From positions 46,083 through 110,082 of the forward strand of contig CAWGSM010000037.1 in assembly GCA_963825045.1 (NCBI GenBank): 64,000 nt of DNA, read 5' to 3'. The notes under the pieces were generated by a model. That model made no database searches and was not told where the DNA came from. It saw nothing but the letters and a program-made list of their open reading frames with translations. The number at the start of each line of letters is the position of its first letter. The first letter of the stretch is position 1. Position numbers and translations under genes: made by a program. Positions 60,886 through 64,000 of this stretch are shown in pieces. Origin of the DNA: an uncultured Flavobacteriaceae bacterium (GTDB lineage: Bacteria; Bacteroidota; Bacteroidia; Flavobacteriales; Flavobacteriaceae).

Positions 60886-62036
60886 AGCTTCACCTCTTTA
60901 AATTCATTAGTCTGCTTTTCATGAATTGGCTCCGACTTTTCCCTTAGTGGTCTGGCCCCGGTCTTTGTTAACACAGATTGAATTTCGGCCAAAATAGAAA
61001 GCCCGATTTCCGCAGGGGTTTCAGCTCCAATTTCAAGCCCCACCGGGGCGTGAATTTTATCCAGAATCTCCTTTTTCAGGTCGTATCCTTCAACTTCCAG
61101 TTCAATAAGCATTCTTTGATATTTTTTTAACGGCCCTAATATTCCTATATATGGAATCATTTCCTCTCCTAAAAGCAGCTTTAATACCCTCAGATCATAA
61201 TTATAATTATGACTCATCAACACAAAACAACTCCGTTTGTTGATCTTGATATTTTCCAGTGTCTCATCAGGTTTGGAAACTATGACCTTGCAGGATCCCG
61301 CAAAGCGTTCTTTATTTGCATGAGTAGGCCTGCCATCGGTAATTAGCACCTTCCAGCCAAGCAGATCAGCCTGCCGCGCAAGGATCTGGGCATCATTCCC
61401 AGCACCCACTAAAATCAAGTTTACCGGTGGCTGATAATTCTGAATAAAAACATGCTGGGTCTCTCCTTCAACCGAAAATTCCGCGAAATGAGGTTTATTA
61501 TTTTTAAACGTCCATTGAGATTGTTCAATAATCAAATCAAACAATTTCTTGTCCGGTTGCTTACCCCTTAGATCGAAATTTTCATTAATTACCAGTGTGG
61601 TCCCCGGCTGTTCTTTTGATTTATTCAAATTAAACCGCACCACGATAGCTAAAGGATCATTCTGAGCGGTCACCGTTTTTAGCAAGTCACAAGGATTCAA
61701 CTGATCCTGGTAGTCTAATGGCTCAAACAATACCTGGATGATCCCATTACAACCCAACTGAGCACCGATCACCGCATCATCTTCATCGCTGGTATCGTAA
61801 GTAACCAGTTTATTTTTTTGCTGATGCAGGGCATGAAGAGCCTTTCTCAGTGCATCTCCTTCGAGACATCCACCACTGATCGCTCCGGTAATATTACCGA
61901 ATTCATCCACAAGCATCCTGGCACCGGCTCTACGGTAAGAGGAACCTTCTACGTGAACTACAGTGGCGAGGATACTTTCTGTTCCCTTGCTCTTTAGCAG
62001 TTCATATTCAGCTATGATAGCATCCAGCTCTCTCAT
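60882..62036 (-). CDS. xdhC: XdhC/CoxI Moco chaperone
   Basis: GSSYRRAGARM, ISGGCLE, LGCNG, APVGLEIGAETPAEI. Confidence 0.9.
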   Translation of the reverse strand: MRELDAIIAEYELLKSKGTESILATVVHVEGSSYRRAGARMLVDEFGNITGAISGGCLEGDALRKALHALHQQKNKLVTYDTSDEDDAVIGAQLGCNGIIQVLFEPLDYQDQLNPCDLLKTVTAQNDPLAIVVRFNLNKSKEQPGTTLVINENFDLRGKQPDKKLFDLIIEQSQWTFKNNKPHFAEFSVEGETQHVFIQNYQPPVNLILVGAGNDAQILARQADLLGWKVLITDGRPTHANKERFAGSCKVIVSKPDETLENIKINKRSCFVLMSHNYNYDLRVLKLLLGEEMIPYIGILGPLKKYQRMLIELEVEGYDLKKEILDKIHAPVGLEIGAETPAEIGLSILAEIQSVLTKTGARPLREKSEPIHEKQTNEFKEVKL

Positions 62037-63187
62037 ACAAAAGTTGCTTTTAAATGTTTGACTGTATTCTTTATTTTAGCAGCAGCCTCTTCGATCTCAG
62101 AAACTGTAGTGTTTCTTCCCAAACTGATCCGTAAGGACGAAAGCGCCAATTCATCGCTAAGTCCCATTGCTTTTAAAACATGTGAGGCTTCAACCGTATT
62201 CGAAGTACAGGCAGAACCACGAGAGATAGCGAGTGTATTTAATTTTCTTAAAAGTTGGTTGCCAGCAATATTTTTAAAAGAAATATTCGTGGTATTTGGA
62301 AGTCGGTTGGCATTCTTAGAATGGATCTTCACCTCATCAATTTCTAATAGAAAGTTTTCCATTTTGTTTCTCAGGTCCTTTATTCTGGCCGACTCTTGTT
62401 CAATTTCAGTAATCAAAATTTCAGCAGCTTTCCCAAAACCAACGATTCCCGGAACATTTAATGTGCCGGGACGTAATCCCTTTTCCTGCCCCCCGCCAAA
62501 AATTTTAGGACCAACTTCCAGCTTATTTTTGTTATTGATATACATAGCGCCGCAACCTTTGGGTCCGTAGATCTTATGAGAAGAAAAGATCGCCAGATCT
62601 AGATTCAAATTATCCAGAATAAGCGGAATCTTCCCTACGGCCTGTGTAATATCGCTCATTAAGGTCACACCTTGATTATGTACGATTTTTTCAATCTCTC
62701 TCATCGGGTGTATGAGGCCGATTTCATTATTCGCCAGCATAAGGCATACAAGAATCGTTTCAGAAGTTATGGAATCCTCCAATTCCTTTAGATCTATATT
62801 TCCTTCAGCATCTACACCTAAATAAGTGATCTTAAACCCCTGAACATTTAAAGCATCCATCGTGTCCAGAATGGCTTTATGTTCCGTTTTGCAGGTAATG
62901 ATATGATTTCCTTTACTTCTATTTCTTTCGCAAAAACCAAAAAGGGCAAGATTAGCGGATTCGGTAGCTCCCGAAGTAAAAGTGATCTCGGTGGGTTTAC
63001 ACTTCAGTAATTTTGAAATCTGTTCTCTCGAAATATCCACAGCTTCCCCGGCATCCCACCCAAAAATATGGTCACTACTGGCATTGCCAAACTTTTCGGT
63101 AAAATACGGCAACATGGAATCCACCACCCGGGGATCAACAGGAGTTGTGGCATTGTAGTCCAGATAGATTTTCTTTTTAGGATGCAT
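62033..63187 (-). CDS. Cysteine desulfurase (IscS/NifS group I)
   Basis: YLDYNATTP, FTSGATES, SSHKIYGPKG, GSACTS. Confidence 0.93.
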   Translation of the reverse strand: MHPKKKIYLDYNATTPVDPRVVDSMLPYFTEKFGNASSDHIFGWDAGEAVDISREQISKLLKCKPTEITFTSGATESANLALFGFCERNRSKGNHIITCKTEHKAILDTMDALNVQGFKITYLGVDAEGNIDLKELEDSITSETILVCLMLANNEIGLIHPMREIEKIVHNQGVTLMSDITQAVGKIPLILDNLNLDLAIFSSHKIYGPKGCGAMYINNKNKLEVGPKIFGGGQEKGLRPGTLNVPGIVGFGKAAEILITEIEQESARIKDLRNKMENFLLEIDEVKIHSKNANRLPNTTNISFKNIAGNQLLRKLNTLAISRGSACTSNTVEASHVLKAMGLSDELALSSLRISLGRNTTVSEIEEAAAKIKNTVKHLKATFV

Positions 63188-63195
63188 TCAAAAAA

Positions 63196-63223
63196 AGCGT
63201 TATATATTTATGTATATATCGAT
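63196..63223. promoter_or_regulatory. ModE-type operator
   Basis: AGCGTTATATA-N6-TATATATCGAT versus the ModE consensus ATCGnTATATA-N6-TATATAnCGAT. Confidence 0.8.
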
Positions 63224-63266
63224 ATATAAATTTAAAAGGCAAAAGACTAATCTTAAGCCTTTTATT

Positions 63267-63605
63267 CTATTTTAAAACCTTAATCAATTCTTCCTGCTGA
63301 TTTACCAGTTCATCTATTTTATTCTGCAGGTCCTCGAATTCTTTAATCACTTTTAACGCATGGGGAGTAACTTCGGCCCCACCACCATGCTGTCCACCTT
63401 TTTTCAGAATAACCAAAGGTTCCTCGGAATGCTGGTTCAGCCTCTGGATAATATCCCAGGCTTTTTTATAGGACATATGCATTTGTCCGGCAGCTTTTGA
63501 AAGCGAACCCTCTTTTCGAATTCGCTTTATAAGTTCATTTGGCCCAGGTCCATAGAACTTTTCCTCACCATCCTCAACCCAGCATTTAACTTTGATCTTT
63601 TTCAT
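63267..63605 (-). CDS. ModE-like winged-helix regulator lacking MOP/TOBE domains
   Basis: GPG..L, GSLSKAA..MHMSYKKAW, GGQHGGGAEVT; only 112 aa. Confidence 0.88.
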   Translation of the reverse strand: MKKIKVKCWVEDGEEKFYGPGPNELIKRIRKEGSLSKAAGQMHMSYKKAWDIIQRLNQHSEEPLVILKKGGQHGGGAEVTPHALKVIKEFEDLQNKIDELVNQQEELIKVLK

Positions 63606-63622
63606 ATTAAATCAAAGTATTA

Positions 63623-64000
63623 TCAAGTCTTAAATTCAGTACTTTTCATCTCATTAATAAACGGCTGCTTATAGAACCTTTTTCCGGTAGCTTTATACAG
63701 CGCATTTGCCAAAGCACCCATTATAGGAGGAAACGGTGGTTCTCCCAATCCCGTGGGATCTATTCCATTTTCAACAAAATGAACATCAATACTTTTTGGC
63801 GCTTCCTGGTGACGTATTAATCTATATTTATCAAAATTGCTCTTTTGAGGCTTTCCATCTTTGAAGTTCATCTCGCTATAAAGCGCATGACCTATTCCAT
63901 CAATAGTACCTCCTTCCACCATATTTTTAGCGGCATCTGGATTTACTACTATACCACAATCTACGGCGCAAGTAACTTTATCAATTATGGGTTCGTTATT
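63623..64000 (-). CDS. Xanthine dehydrogenase/isoquinoline oxidoreductase-family molybdopterin-binding subunit, 3' end (starts beyond window)
   Basis: CAVDCGIVVNP, EGG.IDG, NFDKYRLIR, PTGLGEPP, NALYKATGKR. Confidence 0.88.
   Translation of the reverse strand, partial: NNEPIIDKVTCAVDCGIVVNPDAAKNMVEGGTIDGIGHALYSEMNFKDGKPQKSNFDKYRLIRHQEAPKSIDVHFVENGIDPTGLGEPPFPPIMGALANALYKATGKRFYKQPFINEMKSTEFKT

Noticed and set aside
109-62570. Numerous 60-170 aa antisense or alternate-frame ORFs in the track (for example 5623-6033, 15565-15978, 28788-29270, 62058-62570)
   Set aside because: They lie within well-supported genes and show no protein motifs; shadow ORFs

Overview
AT-rich bacterial chromosome segment. 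Gene content and TAnnTTTG promoter boxes point to Bacteroidota, family Flavobacteriaceae (Gramella/Salegentibacter-like; inference). It is mostly housekeeping: secA 3' part, two ECF sigma/anti-sigma modules, meaB, MATE, ppk2, an NtrC-type regulator, grpE-dnaJ, ilvE, crcB, P-II/amt/porin, fused isobutyryl-CoA mutase icmF, prfA-pyrF, purM, type III glutamine synthetase, a BlaI/BlaR1 (M56) pair, apt, and a Moco-maturation/xanthine-dehydrogenase-family cluster at the right end. I saw no rRNA, tRNA, CRISPR array, transposase or prophage. secA, purM and especially glnA(III) are broken by frameshifts, most likely sequencing errors. The most interesting signals are non-coding. (1) Two perfect heptamer arrays, (TAGGCGT)x20 and (TTATCAG)x23, sit exactly on a stop codon and a start codon of core genes, and a four-helix-bundle-like ORF lies elsewhere in the window. 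(2) A tandem palindrome ACCCCTA-N6-TAGGGGT, spaced 53-54 bp apart, occurs upstream of both nitrogen-assimilation loci. (3) There is a ModE box next to a sensor-less ModE, mirror-image ECF promoters, a sigma54-like grpE promoter, two candidate sRNAs and REP-like hairpins.
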